From: Opitutia bacterium
Lineage (GTDB): Bacteria > Verrucomicrobiota > Verrucomicrobiia > Opitutales > Opitutaceae
DNA: 64,000 nucleotides
Direction of reading: 5' to 3'
NCBI GenBank assembly: GCA_947478395.1
Contig: CANJVR010000003.1
Location: forward strand, 416,001 to 480,000
The notes beneath the pieces are model-generated. The model searched no databases. It was not told the origin of the DNA and saw only the letters and a list, made by a program, of their open reading frames with translations. Made by a program: the position numbers and the translations under genes. Of the stretch, positions 46,541-56,625 are shown piece after piece (within the stretch, counting starts at the first letter, position 1; every line of letters starts with the position of its first letter).

Positions 46541-47272
46541 TTAATTCTCTGTGCCACCGGTGGCGCGGAGGAAGATTTCCTCAAGACTGACATTCGTTTC
46601 ACCCAGCGCAAACTGGCTCGAAATATCCGGAATCGAACCGTGAGCGATTTTCTCGCCTTGCTTCAGGATGAGCACGTGGGAGCAAACCTCTTCCAATAAG
46701 TGGAGCAGATGGGAGCTGAGCACGATGGCGGCGCCGTCGCGGGCGCGCCGCAGGATGGAATCTTTCATGCGCCGAATGCCGAGAGGGTCGAGGCCGGTGA
46801 GCGGCTCGTCGAAAAACATCACGCGCGGGCCGTGCAGGAGGCCACAGGCGATCGCGAGTTTTTGCTTCATGCCCCGGGATAACTCACCGGGCAGCTGGTC
46901 GGCTTTGTCCGCGATCTCCAGTTCGACCAGTAAGGGTTCGGCGATGCGCTGATGATCGTCGATGCCGTAGATGCGCGCGACGAAAGCGAGATGCTGGCGA
47001 ACCGTGAGATAGTCGAAAAGCCGCGGCTCGTCGGGGAAGAAAGCGAGCTGGCGTTTGGCGGCCACCGGATCGGCAGTCACGTCGTGACCGGCGATTCGAA
47101 CTTGCCCTGTACTTGCCGCGATGATGCCGGAAAGGCAGCGCAGTGTGCTGGTTTTGCCGGCGCCGTTGGGCCCGACGAGACCGAGCACTTCGCCGGCTTG
47201 GACGGTAAACGAGAGGTCACGCACGGCCGTGAAATCTCCGTAACGTTTTGTGAGCGCCGCGACTTCGATCAT
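46541..47272 (-). CDS. ABC transporter ATP-binding protein
   Basis: GPNGAGKT, LSRGMKQK, FFDEP, SSH. Confidence 0.95.
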   Translation of the reverse strand: MIEVAALTKRYGDFTAVRDLSFTVQAGEVLGLVGPNGAGKTSTLRCLSGIIAASTGQVRIAGHDVTADPVAAKRQLAFFPDEPRLFDYLTVRQHLAFVARIYGIDDHQRIAEPLLVELEIADKADQLPGELSRGMKQKLAIACGLLHGPRVMFFDEPLTGLDPLGIRRMKDSILRRARDGAAIVLSSHLLHLLEEVCSHVLILKQGEKIAHGSIPDISSQFALGETNVSLEEIFLRATGGTEN

Positions 47273-47426
47273 GGGTGACGACGCTGCGGCGAATTTTTTC
47301 GCGCGGCAAGCGCGGCGCCGTTTTCGTCGAGCCCACCCGAAAAGATCGCGGACCTTGGCGGCGGATATATTTCGTAACCGCTCCGGTAACCTGGCGTCTC
47401 CCGGCAACCCGACGCCGGTCCTGCCC

Positions 47427-47900
47427 ATGTTAACCCACAAAATTAATCCTGTGAAAATCACGCTCAAACTCGCTCTCGCCACCCTCGCAGCCGCTTTGGC
47501 GGCCGCGCCTTTTGTTCGCGCCCAAGATGATACCGCCGCTGTGCCGGTTGCCCCCTCGACGGCCGCGGCCGGAAAGGGTGCGAAAGGCGTCAAGGGAGCC
47601 AAAGGAGCCAACAAAGGAGCGCGCGATCAAGTGGCGCAACGGGACACCATGCTCGCGGAAAAGCTTAATCTTACCGACCCCCAAAAACAGCAGCTGGCCG
47701 ATCTGCGGGCCAAGCAGGCCGAGGAACTCAAGGCGGCGAAAGGCGATCGCGCCAAAATGGCGAGTTTAGCAAAGAGTGCTCCCGATCAGGTTCGGGCGCT
47801 GCTGACGCCCGAACAACAGAAGCTGTTTGATGCGATCAAACCGGAAGGTAGCCCCGGCAAGGCCGGCGCCCCCAAAGCTAAGAAGGCGGGGAAATTATAG
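47427..47900 (+). CDS. Secreted Spy/CpxP-like (LTXXQ) protein
   Basis: Signal peptide, L.LTDPQKQQL, ALLTPEQQKLFD; start may be the GTG at 47451. Confidence 0.7.
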   Translation: MLTHKINPVKITLKLALATLAAALAAAPFVRAQDDTAAVPVAPSTAAAGKGAKGVKGAKGANKGARDQVAQRDTMLAEKLNLTDPQKQQLADLRAKQAEELKAAKGDRAKMASLAKSAPDQVRALLTPEQQKLFDAIKPEGSPGKAGAPKAKKAGKL

Positions 47901-47924
47901 CTTATCTTTGTTGGTGTCAGCCCG

Positions 47925-47959
47925 CGCCGCGGCGGCAGGCAGCCTGCGGCGGCTTTTTT
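47925..47959 (+). terminator. Probable rho-independent terminator
   Basis: GC stem containing gcaggc/gcctgc followed by tttttt. Confidence 0.55.
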
Positions 47960-48070
47960 GCCCCTGCTTAAATGCTTGAAACTAATTCCCAAATATGTCG
48001 TCTGTCTGCCGGTCCTGACTTCGTTGGGACAAGTTCCCCGGATTCAATTCCAACCCGTACCCACATCATC

Positions 48071-48481
48071 ATGAAACTGTCACCCAAGTCCATTATCATG
48101 GCTCTGGCCCTCGGCCTTGCCATCGTTCCCGCGATTTCGTTCGCCCAACCCCCCGCTGGCGGCGCCCCTGGTGGTCCCGGTGGCGGTGGTGGTCGTCGCG
48201 GCGGTCAAACGCCTGAGGCCCGCGTCGCCCAAATCGACGAGGCAGTTAAGCTCACGGCTGATCAGAAGACCAAGATCACCGCGATTCTGACGAAGGCTGC
48301 TGCTGATCAGCAGGCGATGGCGCCGGAAGATCGTCGCGGCCCGAAGGCTCAGGAAGCCCGCACGGCGACCAACAAGGAAATCCGCGCGCTGCTCACGGCT
48401 GAGCAGCAGCCGAAGTTCGACGCGATCCCGGCTCCGGCTGGCCGCGGCGCTGGCGGCGGTGGCGCTCGTCCCCCACAATAA
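48071..48481 (+). CDS. Secreted Spy/CpxP-like (LTXXQ) protein with Gly-rich ends
   Basis: Signal peptide, VKLTADQKTKI, IRALLTAEQQPKFD. Confidence 0.75.
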   Translation: MKLSPKSIIMALALGLAIVPAISFAQPPAGGAPGGPGGGGGRRGGQTPEARVAQIDEAVKLTADQKTKITAILTKAAADQQAMAPEDRRGPKAQEARTATNKEIRALLTAEQQPKFDAIPAPAGRGAGGGGARPPQ

Positions 48482-48507
48482 TCGCTTAGCGATTTAGTTT
48501 TTTACGC

Positions 48508-48543
48508 ACGCCGCAGGCTTTGGCCTGCGGCGTTTTTATTTTT
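48508..48543 (+). terminator. Rho-independent terminator
   Basis: acgccgcaggc-tttg-gcctgcggcgt followed by ttttattttt. Confidence 0.85.
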
Positions 48544-48578
48544 CGACTCCGGCGAGGCCGCGTCCCAGCGTGCGCCGG

Positions 48579-49868
48579 ATGGCTGCGAAAAAAAACATCG
48601 TGATTGCCGGCGGCGGGGCGGCCGGTTTTTTCGCGGCCATTGCCTGCGCTGAACAATATGGGGGTGCGGGGGAGAATTGTTCCGGTGCCCAGGTTACGAT
48701 TTATGAGGCCACGGCCCACGTACTCGCCAAAGTTCGGGTGTCCGGCGGCGGTCGCTGCAACGTTACGCATGCGTGTTTCGAGCCGCGCGAACTCGTCAAA
48801 AAATACCCGCGGGGCGAGCGCGAGTTGCTCGGAGCGTTTTCACGCTTCCAGCCGCGCGATACCGTGGCGTGGTTCGAAGCGCGCGGGGTGCTGCTCAAAA
48901 CCGAGGCCGATGGCCGCATGTTTCCGGTCACGGACGATTCCGCGACCGTGATGGAGTGCTTGCAGCGGGCGGCGATGCAGGCCGGGGTGCGCGTGATAAA
49001 GGGCGTCGGACTGCGCCGGGTGGAGCGCGTTGTTTCCATGGCCTCGGGTGAGCCGCTGGAAACGGATCGCCCGAGCTTTGCAGTAGAGCTGACGACCGGG
49101 GAAATCATCTCGGCCGATCGCGTGCTGCTGGCGACGGGGGGCAACAAATCTTCGGCCGGGCTCGCCGTCGCTCAAGCGCTGGGCCACGTGATCGAACCGC
49201 CCGTGCCGTCGCTGTTCACATTTAATATCGAGCGCGACGCGCGGTTGATGGATCTGGCGGGAGTCGCGGTCGAGCGCGTGGAGACATCGGTGCAAGGGAC
49301 AAAATTGCGAGCGGAAGGCCCGCTGTTGGTCACGCATTGGGGACTCAGCGGTCCGGCGATCTTAAAACTTTCGGCGTGGGGGGCGCGGGAACTCGCCGCG
49401 ATGGATTACGCGTTTACGCTGACCGTAAATTTCGCCCCGCCGCACACGCCGGAAACGTTTGCCCGCGAATTGGCCGGGGTGCGCACGAAGAATTTAAGGA
49501 AGCAAATCACAACGTGGAGTCCCATCCCGGGCGTTCCGCAGCGATTCTGGGAGCGTCTCGTGGCGTCGGCGGGAATCGCCCCGACAACCCCGTGGACGAT
49601 GGCGGGCAACGCCGCGTTGAAGGCGCTGGCAGCCCAAGTCTGCGCGGCGGAATTTGCGGTGAGCGGAAAGAGCACCAACAAGGAGGAATTCGTGACCTGC
49701 GGCGGCGTGCGGTTGCGCGAGGTTAATTTCAAAACCATGGAGAGCCGTATTTGTCCGGGTTTGTATTTTGCGGGCGAGGTGCTCGACATCGACGGCATCA
49801 CGGGTGGATTCAATTTCCAGTCAGCGTGGACCACCGGCTGGCTGGCGGGCCGGGCCATGGCGGAGTAA
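48579..49868 (+). CDS. HI0933/BaiN/YhiN family flavoprotein
   Basis: GGGAAG, KV.VSGGGRCNVT, E.DGRMFP, LATGG, THWGLSGP, VTCGGV, GEVLDIDG.TGGFNFQ.AW. Confidence 0.93.
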   Translation: MAAKKNIVIAGGGAAGFFAAIACAEQYGGAGENCSGAQVTIYEATAHVLAKVRVSGGGRCNVTHACFEPRELVKKYPRGERELLGAFSRFQPRDTVAWFEARGVLLKTEADGRMFPVTDDSATVMECLQRAAMQAGVRVIKGVGLRRVERVVSMASGEPLETDRPSFAVELTTGEIISADRVLLATGGNKSSAGLAVAQALGHVIEPPVPSLFTFNIERDARLMDLAGVAVERVETSVQGTKLRAEGPLLVTHWGLSGPAILKLSAWGARELAAMDYAFTLTVNFAPPHTPETFARELAGVRTKNLRKQITTWSPIPGVPQRFWERLVASAGIAPTTPWTMAGNAALKALAAQVCAAEFAVSGKSTNKEEFVTCGGVRLREVNFKTMESRICPGLYFAGEVLDIDGITGGFNFQSAWTTGWLAGRAMAE

Positions 49869-49926
49869 GTCGGGGCGAGCGCTTTCCGGCGTGACCTGCG
49901 TCGCCGTCGCTGCAAGGTGACCCACG

Positions 49927-50877
49927 ATGCCCACGTACTGGCAACTTTTGCTACTGATTCTGCCGGTCTTTGCGTTGATCGCGGTGGGCGCGGCGATCCG
50001 TCGGGCGCATTGGATCGAGGGGGAGGCGGAGACGAGTCTGATCCGTTTGGTCGTGAACCTTTGTTTCCCGTGCCTGGTGTTCGAGTCGGTGGTGGGGAAT
50101 GCGGCGTTGCGCAATCCGGCTAACGTCCTGTTGCCGCCGTTGGTGGGCTTCGCCCTCACCGCGGTGACGCTTAAGCTATCCATGTATGGAGCGCGCGCGG
50201 TCGGATTGACGGTTGGGCATGGTCAGCGGACCTTCGCGGTGACTACGGGCGTGGCCAATTACGGTTACCTGCCGTTGCCGATCATGGCGGCAATCTGGGG
50301 GCGCGAGTCGCAGGGTGTGCTACTCGTGCATAACGTCGGGGTGGAAGCGGCGGTTTGGACCGTCGGCGTGTTGATCTTAAACGGTCTCTCGGTGCGGGAA
50401 GGCTGGCGCAAGCTCCTCAATCCCGTGGTGATCACGCTCGTGGGCGCGATGCTGGTGAATCTTTCCGGCGCGGTGCGGTTTGTGCCCGAGATCGTGATGA
50501 ACACCGTGCATGCGCTGGCGATCTGTGCGATTCCGATCGGGCTCGTGATGATCGGCGTCAGTCTCGCGAATTATCTCGGCGATGTGCGGGCGTTGATCAG
50601 CCCCAAGGTGGTGGCGAGTGCGAGCCTGCTCCGGCTGGCAATTTTCCCGGTGCTGATTTTGGGCGTGGCGAAGTGGCTCCCGTGTCCGATCGAATTGAAG
50701 CGGGTGCTCGTGATCCAAGCCGCGATGCCCACCGGCGTTTTCACCATCGTGCTCGCGCGGCACTACGGCGGCCAGCCGTTGACCGCGGTCCAAATCGTGA
50801 TGGGCACGACGTTGTTCGGATTGGCGACGATTCCTCTCTGGATTCGACTGGGCCTCGCGTGGGTGGGCGTACAGTAG
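49927..50877 (+). CDS. AEC family transporter
   Basis: LPVF.LI..G, PCLVF, NYGYLPLP, IPIGL..IG, AAMPT. Confidence 0.88.
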   Translation: MPTYWQLLLLILPVFALIAVGAAIRRAHWIEGEAETSLIRLVVNLCFPCLVFESVVGNAALRNPANVLLPPLVGFALTAVTLKLSMYGARAVGLTVGHGQRTFAVTTGVANYGYLPLPIMAAIWGRESQGVLLVHNVGVEAAVWTVGVLILNGLSVREGWRKLLNPVVITLVGAMLVNLSGAVRFVPEIVMNTVHALAICAIPIGLVMIGVSLANYLGDVRALISPKVVASASLLRLAIFPVLILGVAKWLPCPIELKRVLVIQAAMPTGVFTIVLARHYGGQPLTAVQIVMGTTLFGLATIPLWIRLGLAWVGVQ

Positions 50878-50930
50878 GCCGGCGCCGCTGGCCTACGGCC
50901 GGACGGCCGGAGGGCGACTCAAATAGCCAC

Positions 50931-52286
50931 TCAGTTGGCTTTGGGATGTTTGGCGATTTCGACCGCGTAGGTGTGGGTCGTCGCACGACGGCCAGGGCCA
51001 GGATTCGAGTGAAAATTACCACTGAAGATGATCCACTTTCCGTCGGGCGTGAACGTCAGGTTCGGCTCGACGCCGGTTTCCTTGCTGTAGTTGTGATTCG
51101 ACATGTCGACGAGTCGCTCCGACTTGAAGTAGCCGACGTCGATCAGGTCCTTTTTTTCTCGGAATGAGCTGCCGGAAGTCATGACGGGACGGAAAAGATA
51201 AATCCACTGGCCCTGCCCCTGGATGTCTTCGCGATCCATCGTGCGTGCAGCGACGCTGGTCGGGCCCCCGCCGTCGCCCGCCATGAGTTTTCCGTCGCGC
51301 GAGACGTTGTAGTGCACGGACCACTCGTCGCGTTGTAAATTATACCAGGTGCGGTGGCCGGTGGAGAGGTCGACGTTCGCCAGCCAGAAGACTCCGCTCA
51401 TCGGCGTCTGCAAATCGTACCACACGGATTTGCCGTCCTGGCCGAAAAATTCATGGCCTTCGATTTCCATGTTCATGGTCCGCTCGTGCAGCAGGCGCGC
51501 GGGTCCGCCATCCGCGCGAATGGTCCAGGTGCGGTCGTTGTAGTGCCAGGGCCCTTCGTGACAGAAAAGAATTTGCTGCGGATCGGTCGGAGAGCATTGC
51601 AGATGATTCGTCCAGTCGTTCTCGCGGTGGATGACTTTGAACTCACCGGTCTTGGTGTTGAGCGTGTAGATCATCTTCGGCGTACCAGCCGCCCACTGCG
51701 GCTCGAGGCTGCCTTGGCGCGGGGGAGCCAGCACGCCGCCGGGCGGTAAACGCGGCGTGGTCTTGCCGTCGGGGTCCGGCGCGATGCCGACCAACAAAGT
51801 TTCGTCGCAGTTCAGGGCATACGCGCCGCTGCGCGCTTGAGGCGGTAGCTTGATGACTTCGCGCACGGCCTTCGTGTCGAGGTTCACGGCCTTCATCGCT
51901 CCGGCTTCGCGGTCGACGTAATACGCTTCACGTGTGCGCCACGCGGTCGCGATGGGCGCGGCGTCGGCCAGGATCAGTTCTCCTTTGGGTGCGGTCGTCC
52001 CTAATTTGGAAATGTCGACGGTGTAGATGCCGCCCGCGCCGCGCAGCACGACTTTATCGCCTTCGGGCGTATAACCGTGTTGGTGAAAATAGAGACTGGA
52101 GCCGCCCGTGTCGGGCGAGAGGCGGATGATGCGGTGGCCGGTTTTGGGATCGATCCAGTCGGCGGCCGGCCCGGCGTTCTCGGCTGGCCGGGCGGCATTT
52201 CGTGGCGCGACTGGCTCGGCGGCGAAGGTGTGCAACGTGAGGGCGGCGAATAGCGGAAGTGCAAAACGCGGAGAAATCATGGACAT
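50931..52286 (-). CDS. ogl: Oligogalacturonate lyase (PL22) family protein with signal peptide
   Basis: WIDP.TGHRI.RLS, SLYFHQ..YT, W.NHLQ.SP.DP..I.FCHEGPWH..DR.W, GHEFF, WSVHYN, GDGG. Confidence 0.85.
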   Translation of the reverse strand: MSMISPRFALPLFAALTLHTFAAEPVAPRNAARPAENAGPAADWIDPKTGHRIIRLSPDTGGSSLYFHQHGYTPEGDKVVLRGAGGIYTVDISKLGTTAPKGELILADAAPIATAWRTREAYYVDREAGAMKAVNLDTKAVREVIKLPPQARSGAYALNCDETLLVGIAPDPDGKTTPRLPPGGVLAPPRQGSLEPQWAAGTPKMIYTLNTKTGEFKVIHRENDWTNHLQCSPTDPQQILFCHEGPWHYNDRTWTIRADGGPARLLHERTMNMEIEGHEFFGQDGKSVWYDLQTPMSGVFWLANVDLSTGHRTWYNLQRDEWSVHYNVSRDGKLMAGDGGGPTSVAARTMDREDIQGQGQWIYLFRPVMTSGSSFREKKDLIDVGYFKSERLVDMSNHNYSKETGVEPNLTFTPDGKWIIFSGNFHSNPGPGRRATTHTYAVEIAKHPKAN

Positions 52287-52352
52287 GTGAGGTGGGTTTA
52301 AGCGGGCGATGAAGGTGAAGGGGCGGATGCGGAACGAAGCTTGAAATCGAAC

Positions 52353-54518
52353 TCAGGCGCCGAAGCTCAGCAGGAGGTGCAGAAAGCCCACGACCGAGCA
52401 GGCCACCAGGATGCACGCGGCAAAACCGATCGCGTCGGTCCGGGTCCAGCGGAAAAATTCGAAGTTGGTTTTGGGAAACAGCAGGAGCGCGCGCGTCGTT
52501 TCCGGCTCGGCGTAAGCGGCGGCCAAGGCGCTTTCGTCATCCGGGCGGTTGGCCTGCACCCGCGTCCGCATGCGCAGGAAAAACTGGCGCACCCGCTCCG
52601 AGTTGTCCTCGGGTGTGCAGCGTGAAACGATCATCAGCACTAAAAATGGCAGCAGAATTTTATAGATGTAACGGATCGTTTCGTTGAGCGCGTAGGGATT
52701 GGCGGATAGATCGAAAACGTGATCGAGCGCCCACATCTCGATCAAAAAAAATCCGCGGCCGCTCGACTGGCCGTCGACGATGGCGAAGCCCTGCGACCAA
52801 TAGATCGAGCGGGGTGGCATCACGATGTCGCGGCGCACCGACTCGCCGGCGACCAACGCCGCGGGGGGTTGATTCCTGGGATCGCGCCAGTTTTTTATCT
52901 GGCGCGCCCGGTCCTCCACGTCACGTGAAGTCGCGGGGAGCACCTGCGAAACGCGGCGCTCGTTCGTGGCGCGCTGGAGGCTCGGAGCGGTGCGCAATTG
53001 CGGAAACACGCTCGGCAGTCCCGCGGGCAAAATAATGAACAGGAGCAGCGCGGTGCTGATCGACGCCCAAGCGCCGGGGCGGTTCGCCCGTCGCCATTTC
53101 AGGCCGCACCAGAACGAAGCGGCCATCACGGCGTTGAACTCCCAAAGGAACTTCAGCATGTCGAGGACGGTGCTGAATGCCGTGCAGAGCAGCGCCGCGA
53201 CGATGAGGAAAAGCGCGCCGCTCATCCGCCCGACCTTGATGTAGTGGGCATCGCTGCGATTGGGGAAAAGGGGGGCGTAGACGTTTCTCGTTAGCAGGGC
53301 CGAGGACGACAGCATCAGGGTGCTGGCGGACGCCTGCAGTGCGGCGAGGAGACAGGCGATCATCAGCCCGACCAAACCAACCCCCAGTCCGTCGAGTAAA
53401 TCCCGGGCGGCAACCCCCCAAATCAAATCGGAGTTCTGGATTTCACGGCCATAAAGGGCGAAACACAGCAACGCCACGAAGCCCCAGATCACCGTGAGAA
53501 AACGCTTGATGAACGTGCCCGTGGTGAAGCCAACGGCCGCCGTCATTTCGTCGCGGGCCGAGGCGTTGGCCGTAAGTTGATTGGCCTGCACCGCGACGTT
53601 GAGCGTCGCCATGATGGAAAGGATGAAAATGAAATACCAAGTGAACTCAGCGCTCTGCGCCGAACCGAACGGCGAGAAAAAATAGCCCGGCAATTCCTCG
53701 TGCAAAATTTTACCGATGGCGCCCACGCCGTGCGTGCCGTGCTGGAGGTTGAGCTTCGCGACGGCGAAGGGGATCAGCAAAAACGAAAGGACCACGATCA
53801 TCACGCTCTGGAGCGAGTCGGACCACGCCGCGCCCTCGAGTCCGCCCAGCAGGGCGTAGATCAGGATGATGCCCACGATCGCCCACGTGAGGATAAGGTC
53901 GTCGAACGAGGAAAATTCGCGGCGCGGATGTTCGCGTTGCAATACCGTCAGCTCCGAACGCTCCGTGTCCGGCAACACGGTGGCGGTGCTTTTGGCGGTG
54001 AGTTCCTGGAGGCGCGCCGCGCGTTGAAACTCCGCCTGCTCGGCCGGGGTGAAGGAGGCCTCGGTCTTGAGCGTGATACCCAGTACGGTGACGCCGACCG
54101 CCTTAAGGCTGACGGCGATGATCATCACCATGTAAAAACTCGCGGTCGCGGAGTACAGCGTGGCCATGCGCCTCGAGCCGTAACGGTGATGGAAGAAATC
54201 GCCCAGCGTCAGCATCCGCATGCGTCGATACCAGCGGGCGGTGAACCAATACAGCGGCGTGGCCCAGAGCAGCAGCAGCTGGCTCCAGGTGCCGCCGGCG
54301 CCGTCGCGATAGGTCGCAGTCACCGTTCCCACGACATTCTCGGAACTCGTGGCTTGGCCGAAAGACGTCAGGACCTGCAGCACCTTGCCGAACCGCCGAC
54401 CGCCGAGGAAGAAATCTTCCTGGTTCTTGATCCGGTGCATCGCGGTGAAGCCGAGTACGATCAGCACCGTGAAATAGAGTGCGATGATCGCCAGATCGAG
54501 GGGGGAAATTCCAGACAT
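52353..54518 (-). CDS. Sodium:solute symporter family protein
   Basis: D..II..YF, EDFFLGGR.FGK, YRRMR.LT.GD....RYG, Y..LGGL..AA.SD..Q, GLM.A.LLAA. Confidence 0.9.
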   Translation of the reverse strand: MSGISPLDLAIIALYFTVLIVLGFTAMHRIKNQEDFFLGGRRFGKVLQVLTSFGQATSSENVVGTVTATYRDGAGGTWSQLLLLWATPLYWFTARWYRRMRMLTLGDFFHHRYGSRRMATLYSATASFYMVMIIAVSLKAVGVTVLGITLKTEASFTPAEQAEFQRAARLQELTAKSTATVLPDTERSELTVLQREHPRREFSSFDDLILTWAIVGIILIYALLGGLEGAAWSDSLQSVMIVVLSFLLIPFAVAKLNLQHGTHGVGAIGKILHEELPGYFFSPFGSAQSAEFTWYFIFILSIMATLNVAVQANQLTANASARDEMTAAVGFTTGTFIKRFLTVIWGFVALLCFALYGREIQNSDLIWGVAARDLLDGLGVGLVGLMIACLLAALQASASTLMLSSSALLTRNVYAPLFPNRSDAHYIKVGRMSGALFLIVAALLCTAFSTVLDMLKFLWEFNAVMAASFWCGLKWRRANRPGAWASISTALLLFIILPAGLPSVFPQLRTAPSLQRATNERRVSQVLPATSRDVEDRARQIKNWRDPRNQPPAALVAGESVRRDIVMPPRSIYWSQGFAIVDGQSSGRGFFLIEMWALDHVFDLSANPYALNETIRYIYKILLPFLVLMIVSRCTPEDNSERVRQFFLRMRTRVQANRPDDESALAAAYAEPETTRALLLFPKTNFEFFRWTRTDAIGFAACILVACSVVGFLHLLLSFGA

Positions 54519-54861
54519 GGACGCAGGGGTGGGGACGAGCAAAAGACAGCCAAAAAGAAGGGAGGCCGGCCGGGATCCGGAGCGCAGATTGCGCGCCGGC
54601 GGGGCGAAAAAGGGTAGGCGCTTTTTGTGCAGAACCGGTGCAAACGCCGCGATCCCAAACGCCCGACGCCGTCGCGGCGATTTTCCGGACGGTCTGGAGT
54701 TCGGGAGATGGCGGCGGCGGGCCCGTGCTAAAATGTCCACCGCACCGCGCGTTGATTTCCCTGAAAAACATGTCCTGCCTTCGCCGCCGCTGCGTGCTTT
54801 CCCCGGATAACCGCAGGTCTATTGCTCGCGGTCGCACGGCTTTCGGGCGCGCGAAAAAATC

Positions 54862-55632
54862 ATGAAGGCGCCCGCAAAAAATCACCGGCCCGTCGCACTG
54901 GTCACGGGTGCGTCGCGTGGCATTGGCCGCGTGACGGCCATGAAACTCGCCGCGCGTGGCGTCCGGATTGCGGTCCATTATCGGCGCGACCGGGTGGCGG
55001 CCGCGGCCGTGCTCTCGAGCCTGCCGGGCGATGGGCATTTTCTCATCGCTTGCGACCTGGGGCGGCGGGGCGGTGCGGAAAAACTTTTCGCGGCCACGCT
55101 CAAAAAGTCCGGCCGGCTCGACCTTCTGGTGAACAGCGCCGGGATTTATGAAACTCATCCGATCGGTGAAGTGAAATTCGCCGCATGGCAGAAAGCCTGG
55201 GACCGCGCGCTGGCGATCAATCTCCTGGCTCCGACCCATCTCACGTTTCTCGCGAGCGAGCACATGAGCCATCATGGCGGTGGCCGGATCATCAATGTGT
55301 CTTCCCGCGGCGCGTATGGCGGCCAGACCCGGACGGCCGCTTACAGCGCGGCGAAGGCGGGCCTGAATTCCATGAGCCAGTCCTTCGCGCGATCGGTCGC
55401 GGCCGAGGGCGTGTTGGTTTTTGTCGTGGCCCCGAGCTGGGTCGATACCGACATGGCTGCGCCGCACATCCACGGACCGCGAAAGAAGGAAATCCTGGAG
55501 GGAATTCCGCTGGGCCGCGTGACGACGCCCGACGAGGTGGCCTCGACCATCGCGTGGCTCGCTTTGGATGCGCCCGCCGCGATGACCGGTGCCATCGTCG
55601 ATATTAATGGCGCGGTGCATCTCCGCCATTAG
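54862..55632 (+). CDS. SDR family oxidoreductase
   Basis: TGASRGIG, NSAG, NVSSR, YSAAK. Confidence 0.92.
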   Translation: MKAPAKNHRPVALVTGASRGIGRVTAMKLAARGVRIAVHYRRDRVAAAAVLSSLPGDGHFLIACDLGRRGGAEKLFAATLKKSGRLDLLVNSAGIYETHPIGEVKFAAWQKAWDRALAINLLAPTHLTFLASEHMSHHGGGRIINVSSRGAYGGQTRTAAYSAAKAGLNSMSQSFARSVAAEGVLVFVVAPSWVDTDMAAPHIHGPRKKEILEGIPLGRVTTPDEVASTIAWLALDAPAAMTGAIVDINGAVHLRH

Positions 55633-55808
55633 CCCGAGCGCGTGGGAATTCTTGATGATGCCGCAACCGCCGGTACGGTCGTATTGATGCTCCCGTCGCT
55701 CTTTTCTAACCAACCCGTGCCGGGGCACGGATGCATCACGCCCGGCGGTGCAGCGGGCGGTGGCGTTGAGCTGAATCCGGCCTCGGGGTGGAGCCGGCCC
55801 TTTTCCGC

Positions 55809-56546
55809 ATGAACCAATCATTACGTTTTTCCGGACAGAGTGCGATTATCACGGGCGGCGCCTCGGGCCTCGGGGCCGCGATTGCGGCGCGCCTCAAAAA
55901 GGAAGGCGCGGACATCACGGTCTTCGACGTGCCGGCCGCCGCCGGGGCGGTCGCGGCGCCGGATCATTTTATCGCGGTCGACGTCGCGGATGAAGCGTCG
56001 GTGGCGGCCGGCGTGGCCGAAGTGCTGCAGCGGCGCGGCCGGATCGATATTCTGATCAACTGCGCGGGCATCACTGGGAAAACCAATCTGAAGTCGCACC
56101 TCGTCACGGTAGATGATTTCGATCGGGTGCTGGCGATCAACGTCCGCGGATCATTTCTCACTTCGAAGCATGTGTTGCCGGCGATGGTGAGCCGGGGCTA
56201 CGGCCGCATCCTCCATATCTCTTCGATCGCGGGAAAAGAAGGAAACGCCGGTATGCTGGCGTATTCCACGTCGAAGGCGGCGGTGATTGGCCTGACCAAA
56301 GTGCAGGGCAAAGAATACGCGGAGTCGGGCATCACGATCAACGCGCTCGCCCCGGCGGTGGTGGCGACGCCGATGGTCGCGGCGTTGCCGGCGGAGCAGG
56401 TGCGTTACATGACGGATAAGATTCCGATGAAACGTTGCGGCACGCTCGAAGAAGTCGCGGCGATGGCGGCGTTCATCGTTTCCGGCGAGGCGAGTTTCAC
56501 GAGCGGCTTCACGTTCGATCTCACGGGCGGCCGCGCGGTCTATTAA
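55809..56546 (+). CDS. SDR family oxidoreductase (probable sugar-acid dehydrogenase)
   Basis: TGGASGLG, NCAGITG, SIAGKEGN...AYSTSKAA, F.SG..FD.TGGRA.Y. Confidence 0.9.
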   Translation: MNQSLRFSGQSAIITGGASGLGAAIAARLKKEGADITVFDVPAAAGAVAAPDHFIAVDVADEASVAAGVAEVLQRRGRIDILINCAGITGKTNLKSHLVTVDDFDRVLAINVRGSFLTSKHVLPAMVSRGYGRILHISSIAGKEGNAGMLAYSTSKAAVIGLTKVQGKEYAESGITINALAPAVVATPMVAALPAEQVRYMTDKIPMKRCGTLEEVAAMAAFIVSGEASFTSGFTFDLTGGRAVY

Positions 56547-56625
56547 GGGAGGGGCCTTTGGCTGGGGCCGGTTATCCCCGGCCGGCGCGGGAGGAAAAAC
56601 GCGCCCGCCCTTTTCTGACGTCGGC

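Noticed and set aside
54628..54642. LacI operator candidate tgcagaaccggtgca
   Set aside because: Imperfect, single copy and plausible by chance in GC-rich DNA.
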